The notes under the pieces are model-generated. The model was not told the DNA's origin. It did no database searches and was given only the letters and a program-made list of their open reading frames with translations. DNA of 64,000 bases from contig NC_058368.1 of assembly GCF_018350175.1 (NCBI RefSeq), positions 213,158,001 through 213,222,000 of the forward strand. Reading direction: 5' to 3'. Within the stretch, counting starts at the first letter, position 1, and each line of letters opens with the position of its first letter. This document shows, piece by piece, positions 1 through 13,444 of this stretch. The translations under genes were made by a program, and so were the position numbers. Origin of the DNA: Felis catus. Lineage: Eukaryota.

Positions 1-737
1 CCATTGTTTATATATACCACATCTTCTGTATCCATTCATCCATCGATGGACATTTGGACTCTTTCCATACTTTGGCTATTGTAGATAGTGTTGCTATAAA
101 CATTGGGGTGCATGTGCCCCTTCGAAACAGCATACATGTATCCCTTGGATAAATACCTAGTAGTGCAATTGCTGGGTCATAGGGTAGTTCTGTTTTTAGT
201 TTTTTGAGGAACCTCCATACTGTTTTCCAGAGTGGCTGCACCAGTTTGCAATCCCACCAGCAGTGCAAAAGAGATCCTCTTTCTCTGCATCCTAGCCAAC
301 ATCAGTTGTTGCCTGAGTTGTTAATGTTAGCCATTCTGACAGGTGTGAGGTGGTATCTCATTATGGTTTTGATTTGTATTTCCCTGATGGTGAGCGATGT
401 TGAGCATTTTTTCATGTGTCAGTTGGCCATCTAGATGTCTTCTTTGGAGAAGTGTCTATTCATGTCTTTTGCCCATTTCTTCACTGGATTATTTGTTTTC
501 TGGGTGTTGAGTTTGAAAAGTTCTTTATAGATTTTGGATACTAATCTTTTATCTGATATGTCATTTGCAGATATCCTCTCCCACTCCATTGGTTGCCTTT
601 TAGTTTTGCTGTTTGTTTCCTTCGCTGTGCAGAAGCTTTTTATTTTGATGAGGTTCCCAATAGTTCATTTTTGCCTTTGTTTCCCTTGCCTCCTGAGACG
701 TGTTGAGTAAGAAGTCGCTGCGGCCAAGGTCAAAGAG
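1..737 (-). mobile_element. L1 LINE fragment (ORF2 C-terminal region), carnivore-type
   Basis: Minus-strand ORF 8..268 gives [40 protein letters not shown]...CTPMFIA, the typical L1 ORF2 C-terminus; truncated. Confidence 0.9.
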
Positions 738-989
738 ATTTTTAGTACCATTATTCTTAATAGCCAAATAGTGGAAACAACCCAAATGTCCATCAATTTA
801 TGAATGATAAACAAGATGAGGTATATTCAAATGGTAGAATATTATTCAATCATAAAAAGGAATGAAGTACCAAAACATGCTACAACATAAAAGAAACTTG
901 AAAACATTAGACTAAGTGAAAGAAGCCAGATACAAAAAGCTACATATTGTATGATTGCATTTAATTTTTTTAATGTTCATTCATTTTTT

Positions 990-1021
<32 letters not shown>

Positions 1022-1460
1022 GAATGAGTGGGGGTGGGGCAGAGAACAAGGGAGACACAGAATCTGAAGCAGACTCCGGGTTCTATGCTGACAGCTCAGA
1101 CAGCGATCAACATGGGTCTCAAACCCATGAACCATGAGATTATGATCTGAGTGGAAGTTGGCCACTTAACCGACTGAGCTACCCAGGTGCCCCTGTATGA
1201 TTGCATTTACATTAAATGTCCAGTGTAGACAGATCCATAAAGACAGAAAGTAGGTTAGTGGTTGCCAGGACCTCGGAGGAATAGGACATAGGGCATGACT
1301 GCTAATGGGTTCAGGACTTATTAATGCAGTCATGGAAAATGTCCTGAAATTAGATAGCAGTGAGAATTGCACAATTTTATGTATATACTAAAAACCACTG
1401 AATTGAACACTTTGAAAGCATGAGTCTTATAGTAGGTGAATTATATTTTAATTTAAAAAT
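738..1460 (+). mobile_element. Older L1 (L1M-type) 3' end, interrupted by a SINE
   Basis: L1 3' motifs (tggaaacaacccaaatgtccatca; ctaagtgaaagaagccagatacaaaa; aaaaccactgaattg) on both sides of the SINE. Confidence 0.75.
964..1193 (-). mobile_element. Can-SINE with a 16-bp target-site duplication
   Basis: Antisense SINE body; TSD tgtatgattgcattta at 948-963 and 1194-1209. Confidence 0.9.
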
Positions 1461-1467
1461 TTAGTTG

Positions 1468-2478
1468 AGGGGTGTCTGGGTGGCTCAGTCAGTTGGGCAT
1501 CAGACTCTTGGTTTTGGCTCAGGTCATAATCTCAGAGTTTGTGGGATCGAGCCCCACATCAGGCTCAAGCACAGAGCCTGCTTGGGATCCTCTCTCCCCT
1601 TCTCTCTCTGTCTCTGCCCCTCTCCCCATGCTTTCTCTCTCTCAGAATACATTAATAAATTAATTTTTTTAATTTTTAATTAAAAAAATAGTATAACAGG
1701 GTGAAAGAGATTAGAGATTACCTATGCCAAGAGATCCTTTATTCCCAAAGACATTGCTAATATCTATTCAGTCTTTGTGGTAACCGCAAGGATTGTATTG
1801 AGAACTTGCTATGTGCCAAGCAATGTTCCAAGAACTTTATGTGTATTTCCTTTAATGTCCACAACAACCACCTGAACTGAAGAAACTGAGGCTCAGTGAG
1901 GTTATATAACTTGTCCTAGGTCTACACAACTAGTATGTGGTGCAGGTAGGATTTGAACCCACAAAATTTAGCCCTAGAAGAAACCACTGTATCATAAACT
2001 CTCTTACTGAGATTAAATACATCATCATTGCACTAAACCCCCTTTTGCACCAGTAGGTGTCACTGTGTTTATCAAGGATGCATTCCATCTCTGTGGATTA
2101 CCCTAGTGTCTGACATCTCCTAGACCACACAGTTATTCCTCAGAGGGAAGGAAAGAGACTAGAGGGGAAGGAAGAGAAGGAGATAGGAGGGAGAGGAGGA
2201 GAGAGTATGGAAGAATTTAGAGGGGAACACTTCCTGATGTGTCACTGTCATATCCACCACCTGGAGTGCATCTCTCAGTTACGGTTTTCTTGATTAAAAT
2301 CAGAGCTTTCTCAGGGTGCCTGGGTGACTCAGTCGGTTGACTTCGGCTCAGGTCATGATTTCGCGGTTCGTGAGTTCGAGCCCCATGTCGGGCTCTGTGC
2401 TGACAGCTCAGAGCCTGGAGCCTGCTTTGGATTCTGTGTCTCCTTCTCTCTCTGTCTCTCTGTCTCTCTGTCTCTCTG

Positions 2479-2520
<42 letters not shown>

Positions 2521-3593
2521 ACTGTCTCTCTGAAAAACAAACATTAAAACAATTTTTTGGTTTTTTTAAATCAGAGCTTTCCCTTTGAATCAACACTGTC
2601 CTACCCCACTTGGCCCTTAAGAGCCAGTCTGATAGTTGGGTCAGCTCCCCAGACTGACTCTGTTGCTCTCCACATTCTCTCCTGTCCCACCACCACCTGT
2701 CTGTGTTGGGAAGGTCCCAGAATGCCTGGAGCCTCAGCCTGTTCGAGTCACACCCAGAGCTAGAGCTTCATTTCCCATTCTTTCTTTATTAACCCCAAAT
2801 GCAATGACTGTAGTTATCTTGAGAAAGCATCACAGGTTCCAAGTGAGCTTCCTGGCCTTCTTGCTCCTTCCCTGGGTTCTCAAGGAAACAACGATGCAAC
2901 AGCAAGTTTGTCCCTTGCCTCTCTGTGCATTCCTCCCTATGACCCTCTATGCCCCTTTCCCTATCCAGGTCCCGCCCATTCTATGCCCTTGTGGACTCCA
3001 TCTTCCCCCTTCCACTACAAAAAGAATGACCTCATCCTTTGGCTTTATCTCTGATTGTGATAAAACTGGGTGGGTGGTGGTTAGTGGCACCTGGGTGGCT
3101 CAGTCAGTTAAGCATCAGACTTGTGATTTCAGCTCAGGTCATGATCTCAAGGTTTGTGAGTTTGTGCCCCACTGACAGAATCCTGCTTGGGATTCTCTCT
3201 CTCTCCCTCTCTCAAAATAAATAAACTTAAAAAAAAAAAAAAAAAGAATGGGTGGTAGTTAGAAGGACCAGCCAATACTCATAGCACTTGCAAAGAACCC
3301 AGCATTGATCTAGGACCTTTACCTCTGGAAGTTGTTAAAGCCCTGCCAACAAAACCCTGCTGTAGACACTACTTTTATAACCTCTTTTTACTTAGGAGAA
3401 AAATGAAGCACAGAGAGATTGTGGTTGAAGTCACACAACAGTTAGTGACAGCTGAGATTTGAAGCCATATGGGTCCAGCTTCAGAGACCAAGCCCTCATT
3501 CACCATGCCATACTCTCTTGGTTTATAGAGTAGCTCATATGTCATCCTCTCTGGCTGACACATTTGTATTTTAATGTTTATTTATGTTTGAGA

Positions 3594-3644
<51 letters not shown>

Positions 3645-5028
3645 GGTATGATGGGGGGAGGGAGATATAGAATCCGAAGCCAGCTCCAGGCTCTGAGCTG
3701 TCAGCACAGAGCCCGATGCAAGGCTGGAACTCACAAACTGTGAGATCATGACCTGAGCCGAAGTCAGACGCTTAACTGACTGAGCCACCCAGATGTCCCT
3801 AACACATTTGTATTTTAACAAGACCTTTCAGGAAACTGGGCCTGACTCAAAGGTGTGACTAAAGGTGACTACAAATATTTGGGGTGAGTTTAGGGGCAGG
3901 CCTTTTCAGGCTAGCTCCACCTTGTGGTTAATCGGTCTGCCAATTAATGTTTCCTCATTTGCCCTTAGATGTTAATTGAGGTTCTTAATGATGACCCCGA
4001 GGCATTACAGTTTCCTGAAACTGTCTTCTGAATCATCAAAGATTAAGCTGTTCACTGCCTGGTTCATTTATTAAATAAGGACTTACTGAGTGCCCATCAC
4101 CAGGCACCTAATATTGGCATCCTGCCTTCATCAAGCTGTAGTTTGATGGGAGACACAATGTCAGTCAAACAATCGCGCAGTAAGTGTAAGATTGCAGCTG
4201 TCACAAAGGCACCTTAAGGAGAGATGCCCCGTGCTCTGAGAGCATGATAAGAGTCTGATGGGGGGGGGGGGGGCAGGGAAGGCTGAGGAGGGATTGACTG
4301 AGTGGAGATTTTGAAGCATGAGGATTAACTAGGTAAGGAGAGGAAGGAAGAACATTCTAGTCAGATAGAACATGCAAAGCCCTGTGGTAATAGCATGCTA
4401 GATGGGAGGCCAAGGTAGCTGGAATGAAGAGGAGGAAGAAGCTGAAATTGGCTGGTAGGCCTGACTGCACAGCGTAAGCCAAGTGAAAGTTTTGCTTTGT
4501 CCTAAGAGTGAGGGGAAGCGCAGAAGCGTTTGATCAGATTTGCATTTTGAACACGTCACTGGAGTGAAAGTGTGGAGAATGACTGGTAAGTGTAATTTTT
4601 TGTATTCCAATGCCAAGCATTTCTGGACATGAAGCATGACAGATGTTATAAGTGACTTCCTCCTGTCAAGTCTCCCACCTGGCCCAGAGGACTGCAGATT
4701 GCTCTGTTGGCTGGACTGGGTACACTCTGGGACATAAACCCTCTAAGGCAGAGCCACCTACTTTTTGGTTTTAGGTGAGTGACTTGGGCAGTGCATTCAC
4801 TTTTTGGAAGGAAGATTTTAAAAAGATTCACAATCATCCAGCCTACTTCTTTTTACATAAATACCCTGTGCTTGGAGTTGTTCTATAGAAATGCTACCTT
4901 ATTTAACCCCCACCACAGTCCTGGGAGACATTAGTATCATTCCTGTCACAGAGGTTCAGAAAGGTTCAATAATGTGTTCAGGTCATTCCACTACTTAAAG
5001 CCCAGGAAAAGGACCCATTGCTTCTTCT

Positions 5029-5062
<34 letters not shown>

Positions 5063-6269
5063 GTTTATTCAGTTTGGAGAGAGAGAGACAGAGCGTGAGC
5101 AGGGTAGGGGCAGAGAGAGAGGGAGACACAGAATCTGCAGCAGGCTCCAGGCTCTGAGCTGTCAGCACAGAGCCTGATGTGGTGCTCAAACTCACAAACC
5201 ATGAGATCATGACCTGAGCTGAAGTCGGATGCTTAACCGACTGAGTCACCCAGGTGCCCCAGGACCCATTGCTTCTTGATTCCAAGTCCATCCCAAACAT
5301 CCCAAAACCCCTTTCTTTTTTATTTTTTTAAAGGCTTATTTATTTATTCTGAAAGGCAGGGCGGGGTGGGGGTGGGGAGCAGGAGCAGGGGAGGGGCAGA
5401 AAGAGAAAGAGAATTCTAAGCAGGCTTTGCGCTGTTAGCAAAGACCCCAATGTGAGGCCTGAACTCACAAACCCTGAGATGACCTGAGCCAAAGTTGGAC
5501 GCTTAACCAACTGAGCTGCCCAGGCGCCCCCTCCCCCAAATTCCTTCCTTAAATAAATCCATGCTAGTTGGTGGAGCCCTTCCTACAGATTCCCTCTTTA
5601 AGGAGTACACTGTGGTAAATAATTTTCACTACTGCCACACCTACTCTGAACTCTAGGAACAGTTACCAAAGACAAGAGGCACGCCTTCCTCTTTCTAGTT
5701 ACTTGCTTGCTCATTGGGGTGTGCCAGCAGCCCTCTTCCATCCCCTAAAGGCCTGCCAAGCATAAAATTGGCCTAAAAATAATCTTAGGTGATTAACACC
5801 TGTCTTTTCTCCTCCAGTTTTATTCAAGTAGCCTAGGAACTAATAGTGCAAGTTTATCAAAGCAGTGATAGTCAGTGCCTTAAAAGCTTTATTGCTCCAT
5901 GAAGTTCAAGACAAATTACGTTGAAAATGCAGTTCTAATACCCTTTGTGTAGGAGATATTTTTTCCTAGCAACACACTTGGACTGCAAAGAACTTCTGCC
6001 TAGGGAAACACCAGTATTGTCAAAAACAATGACATTGATTTTTTCCCCCCAATGTTCTACATTTTCTCTTTTTTGAAATGAGTAATAGGATAAATCAGAC
6101 AGGTTCTTAGAACTTGCACCTTTGTAGGAGGTGTGGGGGAGCCAGGTTGGCACAAATAGGAACTGAGGTATTGTTTCTGCCCTGGCATAGGAAGGTGGGA
6201 TAAAGCCCTAAACTTCATGATGAGTTCTGATTCACCCTTTGCATTTCTCTTTTCAAAAAATTATTGTTT

Positions 6270-6300
<31 letters not shown>

Positions 6301-6870
6301 TTCTTATTATTATTATTATTTGAGAGAGACAGAGAGAGAGACAGAAAGCACAAGCAAGTAAGGGGCAGAGGGAGAGGGAGAAAGAAAATCCCAAGCAGGC
6401 TTCACACGCACTGTGGAGCTGGATTTGGGTCTTGATCCCCTTACTGTGACCTGAGCTGAAATCAAGAGTTGACACTCAACTGACTGAGCCACCCAGGCAC
6501 CCCTGCATTTCTTTTTAGTGCTCATATTAAACACTGAGGAGGGGCACCTGCCTGGCTCAGATGGAGGAGCATGTGACTCTTGATCTCTAGGTTGTGAGAT
6601 TGAGCCCCACATTGGGCTGTAGAGATGACTTAAATAAACTTTTAAAAATGGGGGGCACTTGGGTGGCTCGGTTGGTTGAGCGTCCGACTTCGGCTCAGGT
6701 CATGATCTCAGTTTGTGAGTTTGAGCCCCGTATCGGGCCTTGTGCTGACAGCTCAGAGCCTGGAGCCTGCTTCACATTCTGTGTCTCCCCCTCTCTCTGC
6801 CCCTTCCTTGCTCATCCTCAGTGCCTCTCTGTCTCTCAATAATAAATAAATGTTAAAAAAATTTTTTTTT
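1468..6870. mobile_element. Upstream cluster of Can-SINEs (approx. 1468-1690 +, 2313-2550 +, 3086-3245 +, 3560-3800 -, 5030-5260 -, 5315-5530 -, 6270-6503 -, 6541-6640 +, 6651-6870 +) with MIR/L2-like remnants between them
   Basis: Repeated ggggcacctgggtggctcagtcggttaagc head, (CT)n tract and A-rich tail, or their reverse complements. Confidence 0.85.
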
Positions 6871-7483
6871 ACTTTAAAAAATCGTTATTTTTTTAATAAA
6901 TGATTTTAATAAATAATAAACATTGAAGAGAGGCCAGTAGCAAAGGGTCTGGGGCACGGGCATGGAGAAGATGAGCAAGAGGTGAAATGGAGCACTTATG
7001 CATTAATGGCAGGCAAGAAGGAGGGACTGTAAGAGGAAAGAGAATGGTTGGAAATGAACTGGGAAAGCAAAGAGAAAACAGTGAGAAAGCAGAGGAAGAA
7101 AGAGATGCTTGCATGGGAGAGAGTATTCTGTCCTTACCATGAAAGACCTGGCATCCCTACCAAGGACCTTTCAGAAGATCCTGTATCCTTACCACTCAAC
7201 TCCAGTCAGACTAACTTCCTTGCTGCTCTTGAGCACTTGGCTTTAGGACCCTCCATTTGCTGTCCTTCAGGTATTTACCGGGCTCTTCCCTCATTTCCTT
7301 CAAGGCTCTACCCAAGTGGTCGCTCTATCCACACCCTACGTAAAATAACACCTCCCTCCTTTTTATCCGACTTTATTCTTAAAGCCGCAATCACCATCCA
7401 CCACACGATTTGCGATTGTCTGACACTCTCCACCTCCCTCCCCAGAAGGTAACTTCTATGTGCGCAAGGGTCTTCATTTTCTT

Positions 7484-7716
7484 TTTTTTTTTTTTTATTA
7501 TAATTTTTTTTTCAACGTTTATTTATTTTTTGGGACAGAGAGAGACAGAGCATGAACGGGGGAGGGGCAGAGAGAGAGGGAGACACAGAATCGGAAACAG
7601 GCTCCAGGCTCTGAGCCATCAGCCCAGAGCCCGACGCGGGGCTCGAACTCCCGGACCGCGAGATCGTGACCTGGCTGAAGTCGGACGCTTAACCGACTGC
7701 GCCACCCAGGAGCCCC
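7484..7716 (-). mobile_element. Young felid SINE (SINEC_Fc-like)
   Basis: CpG-rich intact body nearly identical to the copies near 12370 and 13160; TSD gtcttcattttctt on both sides. Confidence 0.9.
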
Positions 7717-8285
7717 GAGTCTTCATTTTCTTCACTGATACATCTCCAGGACCTAGCCTGACACTTTGAGGTGGGGGCGGGGCTCAACATAAGTCGAAGG
7801 ACTCAAGGAGTGGGTGTAGATGGGCGGAGACGGTGATCCGAAGGGGTGTTTGGGGGTGTGCTTACAGCTCAACACAACAGCAATTTTTCTCTCCTCCCCA
7901 GGCATTTCCTCCCCTAGGAAGCTAGGAATCAGAAGCAGGAATGAGAGAATTAAGGAAGCATCCAAATTAGTCCAGCTCAAATTCTAATTAAAAGTGCAAA
8001 AGCGAGAAGGACTGAAAGGTAAAGAATACTGCATACACGCAAAAGTGAGAGTGAAAAGTAAGAGAAGGCTAACAGGCGTCACTCTTTCCAATCTCTCCCT
8101 GATCCCCCCCCCTCCACCCCCACGTTGGGGCGAGGCGCTGCTCGCACGCTCCTCTATCGCTCCTGTTGCGTTTCGCAGTCACCATCACTTTGGGGGAGAC
8201 CAGGCCCGCCTTCGCCCGTCAGCTTCCCCCGCCCGCCTCGGCCAAGGCCCTGGCACGCGCCCGCCAGAGCCGCTAAGGCGACCGG

Positions 8286-8306
8286 GACTACACCTCCCAG
8301 GGTGCC
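8286..8306 (+). promoter_or_regulatory. ZNF143/THAP11-type SBS motif
   Basis: gACTACAccTCCCAGggTGCc matches ACTACAnnTCCCAGnnTGC, about 125-145 bp upstream of the first ATG. Confidence 0.75.
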
Positions 8307-8316
8307 GAGCGCGGGG

Positions 8317-8327
8317 GCGCCTGCGCA
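8317..8327 (+). promoter_or_regulatory. NRF1-type motif
   Basis: GCGCCTGCGCA in the proximal promoter. Confidence 0.6.
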
Positions 8328-8429
8328 GTGCGGCGGGAGGCGGCGGTCTGTTCTCCGCTGAGGAGGAGCGGGGCAGAGGAGGGAGGCAGTGGGTGAGAGT
8401 TCAGAGTTCAGCAGCAGCAGCCCGAGCCC

Positions 8430-8466
8430 ATGATTCCCATATGCCCTGTAGTTTCTTTCACCTATG
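8430..8466 (+). CDS. ZFR: ZFR coding exon 1 ([12 protein letters not shown])
   Basis: ATG at 8430; 37 nt; donor G|gtgagt; matches the ZFR N-terminus as I know it. Confidence 0.9.
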
Positions 8467-8764
8467 GTGAGTATAATGTGCCCCGCCGAGGTCCCTGCCC
8501 GGCCCCTTCCCCGGCCCGGGGCCGCGGGGAGGCGCGGGGGTTGGGGCTGGCTCCAGGGAGGAGGCGGCGGCCGCCACCGGGGCGTGCGAGTGAGTGAGGG
8601 AGTGCGAGGCGGGAGGGGGAGGCGGCGCGGCCGCGGCCCTGGCCCCGGCCCGGCGAGGGCGGCTTCTCACAGCGCCTCTCTCTCTCCCTTTCCCTCCCTC
8701 GGCGTCTCTGCCCCTCTGCGCCTCTCCTCCCGCCATGGGACCCGACTCTCCGTGCCCGCCGCAG

Positions 8765-8864
8765 TGCCCAGCCGGCTGGGGGAAGATGCCAAAATGGCGA
8801 CCGGCAACTACTTTGGATTCACCCACAGCGGGGCGGCGGCGGCGGCGGCTGCGGCCCAGTATAG
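8765..8864 (+). CDS. ZFR: ZFR exon 2 ([30 protein letters not shown])
   Basis: ccgcag| acceptor, AG|gtaacg donor; 100 nt; phase fits exons 1 and 3. Confidence 0.95.
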
Positions 8865-10354
8865 GTAACGGCTCCCCGCCCTCTCCCTTCTTTCCCCCTG
8901 CTCGCTCTTCCGCCCACATCCCGCCGACACAACGCCCCCGCGCCGGCCCCCGCCCGGCGCCCCCGGGTCCCGGCCCGAGACGGGCCCGGCCCGGCGGCCT
9001 CTCCCGCCCCGCTCGGCCCGCGACGGGGAGGGGCCCCCTCGGTGGGGGCGGGAGCGAGAGACCGCCGAGGTGTTGGGACGTGGAGGGCCGCCGGGGCTTT
9101 CGGCGGCCCCGCAGCTAAAATGGCCTCCCGCGGCCTCGGAGCCCAGCCGCCACCCCCGCCCGGCCGGCTGAGGGAGGGAAGCGAGGCCGGGGCTCGGATC
9201 TCCCCCCCAGTCTCCGCCCCGCCGGTCCAGTTCCCACCTCTGAACCCCCTCCCACTTGGGGAATGGAGAGGGTGGGCGCAGGGGAGCGCCGAGTCGCACT
9301 GCCCACCCGCCTGTTCCGCGACGCCTCCCGTGCGCCAGTCTTCGCCCAGTGCCGAGGCCCCTTGAGCCAGATAACGTGTCGTTTTCTCGGGTACCTTCTC
9401 CTTCGGCTCCTCCTGTCCCTCCTCTCGAAACCTGCAAACAAACCGCGGGTGTCAACTACATTGGGTTCCTTTAGTTTTTCCTCTAGGGAGAGATGTAAAC
9501 ATACCAACCACCTGTGAATTTGTAGTTGGTAGACTGGTAAAGATGTGCGAAGTTTCTAGTACTGATAAATGAATCCATGGCCTTATTCTAGCTCTTGAGT
9601 TTAGGCCGGGGGGTGGGAGGTGGTAATAATTCCCCTTGGCGGGTCTTTTTCCTCGAGTATGGGGGCGGGTTGGGGGGGGGGGAGTTCGAGTGAGATTGTA
9701 CTGACATTGTGATGCATCCAATGAAATCTGTACCTTAAGGGAAGCTCTAATTTCTGAAGTGTGAGTAGTTCATTATACATCTTATCAAAAGAGAAAAACG
9801 CGCTAGATTTTTTTTTTTTTTTTTTGTGGTCGTTGTTGCTTTTGAGTCAGTCTGAGACATTGTGTTCAGATTCAGGCCATAAACCTACAGGGCTCCTAAG
9901 CGACCAGCTTTTTATAGAAAGAGATATATTAGATATGTGTGTTAACTATTTGGTTAAACCCAGGGAATTTTTTTATCTCCTTAACTTGAGGTGTTAGGTT
10001 GTGTAATGCAAAGGGCATCACTGGGAATCAGAAGACCTGGCTTCCATGTCTTTTTTCCTCTTGATTTTATGTCGTTGGGGGCATCACTTGTTTGGTCTTT
10101 CATTTTCCTCATCTGTAAAATGAGATATTCGGCTGTCTTCTTGAGTAAAAGCTTGTAATTCTGAAAAGGTTGCTATATTTCATGGAATTCTAAGATACCG
10201 CTTATGTATGCTTTATTTTATATATCACCAAAGAAAGTTGTTGCCAATTAAAGTATACAGTGCTTAAGACCCCATTGGTTTTAAGAGATGTTAAAATGTG
10301 TAAATGTACATTTTATTTAAAAATTGGTATTAAATTTTTATAATTGTTGAATTC

Positions 10355-13300
10355 CTTTTTTTTTTTTTTTTTTTTTTAATGTTTGTTTATATTTGAGAGA
10401 GTATGCCGGAGGTGGGTAGGGGCAGAGGGAGATGGAGACAGAATCCAAAGCAGGCTGCAGGCTCTGAGCTGTCAGCGCAGAGCCGGAATCCCGGCACTTG
10501 AACTCACAAGCCCTGAGATAATGACTTGAACCAAAGTCGGACACTTAACCGACTGAGCCACTCAGGTGCCCCTGTTAATCGTTGAATTTCTTAAACGCAT
10601 GTGGCAATTTTTACAAATCTGTTTTATCTTAAGACATTCCAGAAAATATTGGGGGCAAGATCTTGGGGCTTTTCAAACACTAACAAATTCTTTGCTACTA
10701 ACAAAGCATCAGTTACTTTGATAAAAATCTTTTAGAGCTAATAATTTTCATGGAGAGAGGGGAAAAAAACCATTTTCTTTTCCTGGAAAACAAGCTAGCT
10801 AATCAGCATCTGTGCCATAAATCCTGTGCTACCAAGTACTATGTGTTCTAGACAAAGCTGTATTTAACCATTAAAAATTTTACTTGTTTCACACAGTATT
10901 TTTGTTGTTACTATGGGCAGAGTGATAGATTTTGGGATTATTTGATGAAAATAGAATGGGTTCTTTGGCAGTTTTGAAATAATTGTTTTCTAGTCCAGAC
11001 CTACAGATAGAAATGGGGGAGGAGGGGTGCCTAGGTGGCTCAGTCTGTTAAGCATCCCACTTTGGCTCAAGTAATGATCTCACAGTTCATGGGTTCAAGC
11101 CCTGCATTGGTCTCTGCTGACAGCTCAGAGCCTGGAACCTGCTTCAGATTCTGGGTCTCCCCCTCTCTCTCTCTCTCTGCCCTTCCCCCACTCACACTCT
11201 GTCTCTGTCTCCCAAAAATAAATAAAATGTTTAAAAAAAAAAATGGGAGAGGAAATGCTAACTTAAAGATGCTTAACCTTTTTTTTTTTTTTTTTTTAAA
11301 GTTCATTTATATTTTGAGAGGTGGGGGAAAGGAAGGGCAGGGAGAGAGGAGAGAGAGAATCCCAAGCAGGCTCTGCACTGTCAGCACAGAGTTCCGATGT
11401 AGGGCTCTATCCCACCATCTATGAGATCATGACTTGAGCCAAAAACAAGGGTTGGATGCCTAACCCTACTGAGCCACCCAGGCGCCCCACTTAATCATTT
11501 TTTTGATAAAATAGTTGTATGTATGTGTTTCATCCCAGTATAGAAAAGTAGTACAGAATTTCTGTACCTACTTTTTCTATTGGCTTTGAATCTCAAGTTT
11601 CAGTAAACTGTAACAACCATCCAAATTACTAAATTTTATCTATATGTCTAATAAGGAAATACTAGTCTTTTAACTATACTTATTTATGCATATGCCAGCA
11701 AAACTAATTGTTAATATGTTCTGTCCTTGTATATAGATATAGTACATGGCAAATTGTTTGCTTTTATGGAAAGAAATCAGGCCCAATAATGCTAATCCTG
11801 CAGCTCAAGGAAGATAAATAGCATTAATAATAAAAGCATATACAAAAAATGCGGTGATGATGCTTATTTTTCTTCCTGTCTAGAAATCACTATAATGTAA
11901 CTTGTAGACATGGAAGACCAAGGGCTTACTTTGCAAGTTTTTGTTGTTAGTTTTTGTTTTTTATTTTAATTTAAAGGATGCAAACTTGGAAATTTTAAGC
12001 ATTTACTTGTGGATAATGTGTTGAATCAAATACAAATAACTCATTGAATACAAGTAACAAAGTAACCTAAGTCTACATTTCATTCTAGTTCTTAGTTTTC
12101 TTGGTTATAGCTGTTTGTGTAAGGCTGTAAGTTCTTCTCACTGCTAACTTCTAAATTAAGTTTTTTATTTGTATAATGCATATTAAATATTTTCATGATA
12201 AGCACTCAGTCCTTGTGCTACATGTTCCATCAGCTACTGTTTTTCTTTTTGTATTTTTTTAAGGCAAGTAAATAAACCTATGCCTATTAGCCACTGTTGC
12301 AGATAAAATCTTTTCATTTTTTTGACCTTTTTTCCTCCTTAGAAATGAAGAAATCAAAATACTTAAAAAAATTTTTTTTTCAACGTTTATTTATTTTTTT
12401 GGGGACAGAGAGAGACAGAGCATGAACGGGGGAGGGGCAGAGAGAGAGGGAGACACAGAATCGGAAACAGGCTCCAGGCTCTGAGCCATCAGCCCAGAGC
12501 CTGACGTGGGGCTCGAACTCACAGACCGTGAGATCGTGACCTGGCTGAAGTCAGACGCTTAACCAACTGCGCCACCCAGGCGCCCCTCAAAATACTTTTA
12601 AGTATTAGTTTGTGTGTTTATATGTATGTGTTTCTGGTAGTATTTGTGGGGCACAGGATGAAGCGGATAAGAAGTATGGTGAGAAAATAGGATGGCTTCA
12701 TGGCAGAAAGGGGGGGACTTGGTTGGGTAGGTAACCTACTTTAGTAGAGCTAACCTTTTTTTGTTTGAGAAGAAAGACTTTCAGATAAATTTAATTTTGC
12801 AATCTTGGAAAAAGTATTTCAACAGTTATGAAGACTTAGTGTAGCAAAGAATGTGGGGAAAGATAGTTCCCAATAGAAAAAAAAGTTTTCTGATAGTTAC
12901 ATAGGCTCAAAATCAATTTTTTAATTCATTCATTGGCAGTGATAGAGAAGTTCTCATAGTTTTTACTTTTTGAAAGGGTTGTGGCATATACAGATACATG
13001 TATACGTAATAAATGTGTAAAATAATATATATTATGTGTATTATATATATAATAAAATAGTAATATAATTCCATTATATTTTACTATTAATAGGACATAA
13101 ACATTTCTTTGAGAGTTTTAAATAGCCAATTTCCCTTATTTATTTATAATTTTGTTTTATTTTAATATTTTTTTTTTCAACGTTTTTTTTTTTTTATTTT
13201 TTTTTATTTTTTGGGACGGAGAGAGACAGAGCATGAACAGGGGAGGGGCAGAGAGAGAGGGAGACACAGAATCGGAAACAGGCTCCAGGCTCCAAGCCAT

Positions 13301-13407
13301 CAGCCCAGAGCCCGACGCGGGGCTCGAACTCACGGACCGCGAGATCGTGACCTGGCTGAAGTCGGACGCTTAACCGACTGCGCCACCCAGGCGCCCCAAT
13401 ATTTATT

Positions 13408-13444
<37 letters not shown>

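Larger units (their letters stand above)
8100..9450 (+). promoter_or_regulatory. ZFR: CpG-island promoter of ZFR covering exons 1-2
   Basis: Very high GC and CpG density against an AT-rich background; surrounds the first coding exons; no TATA box evident. Confidence 0.93.

Noticed and set aside
7994..9517. Many long overlapping ORFs on both strands (up to 215 aa)
   Set aside because: Expected from stop-codon scarcity in a CpG island; the peptides are low-complexity G/P/R/A; only the exon 1 and 2 segments fit ZFR
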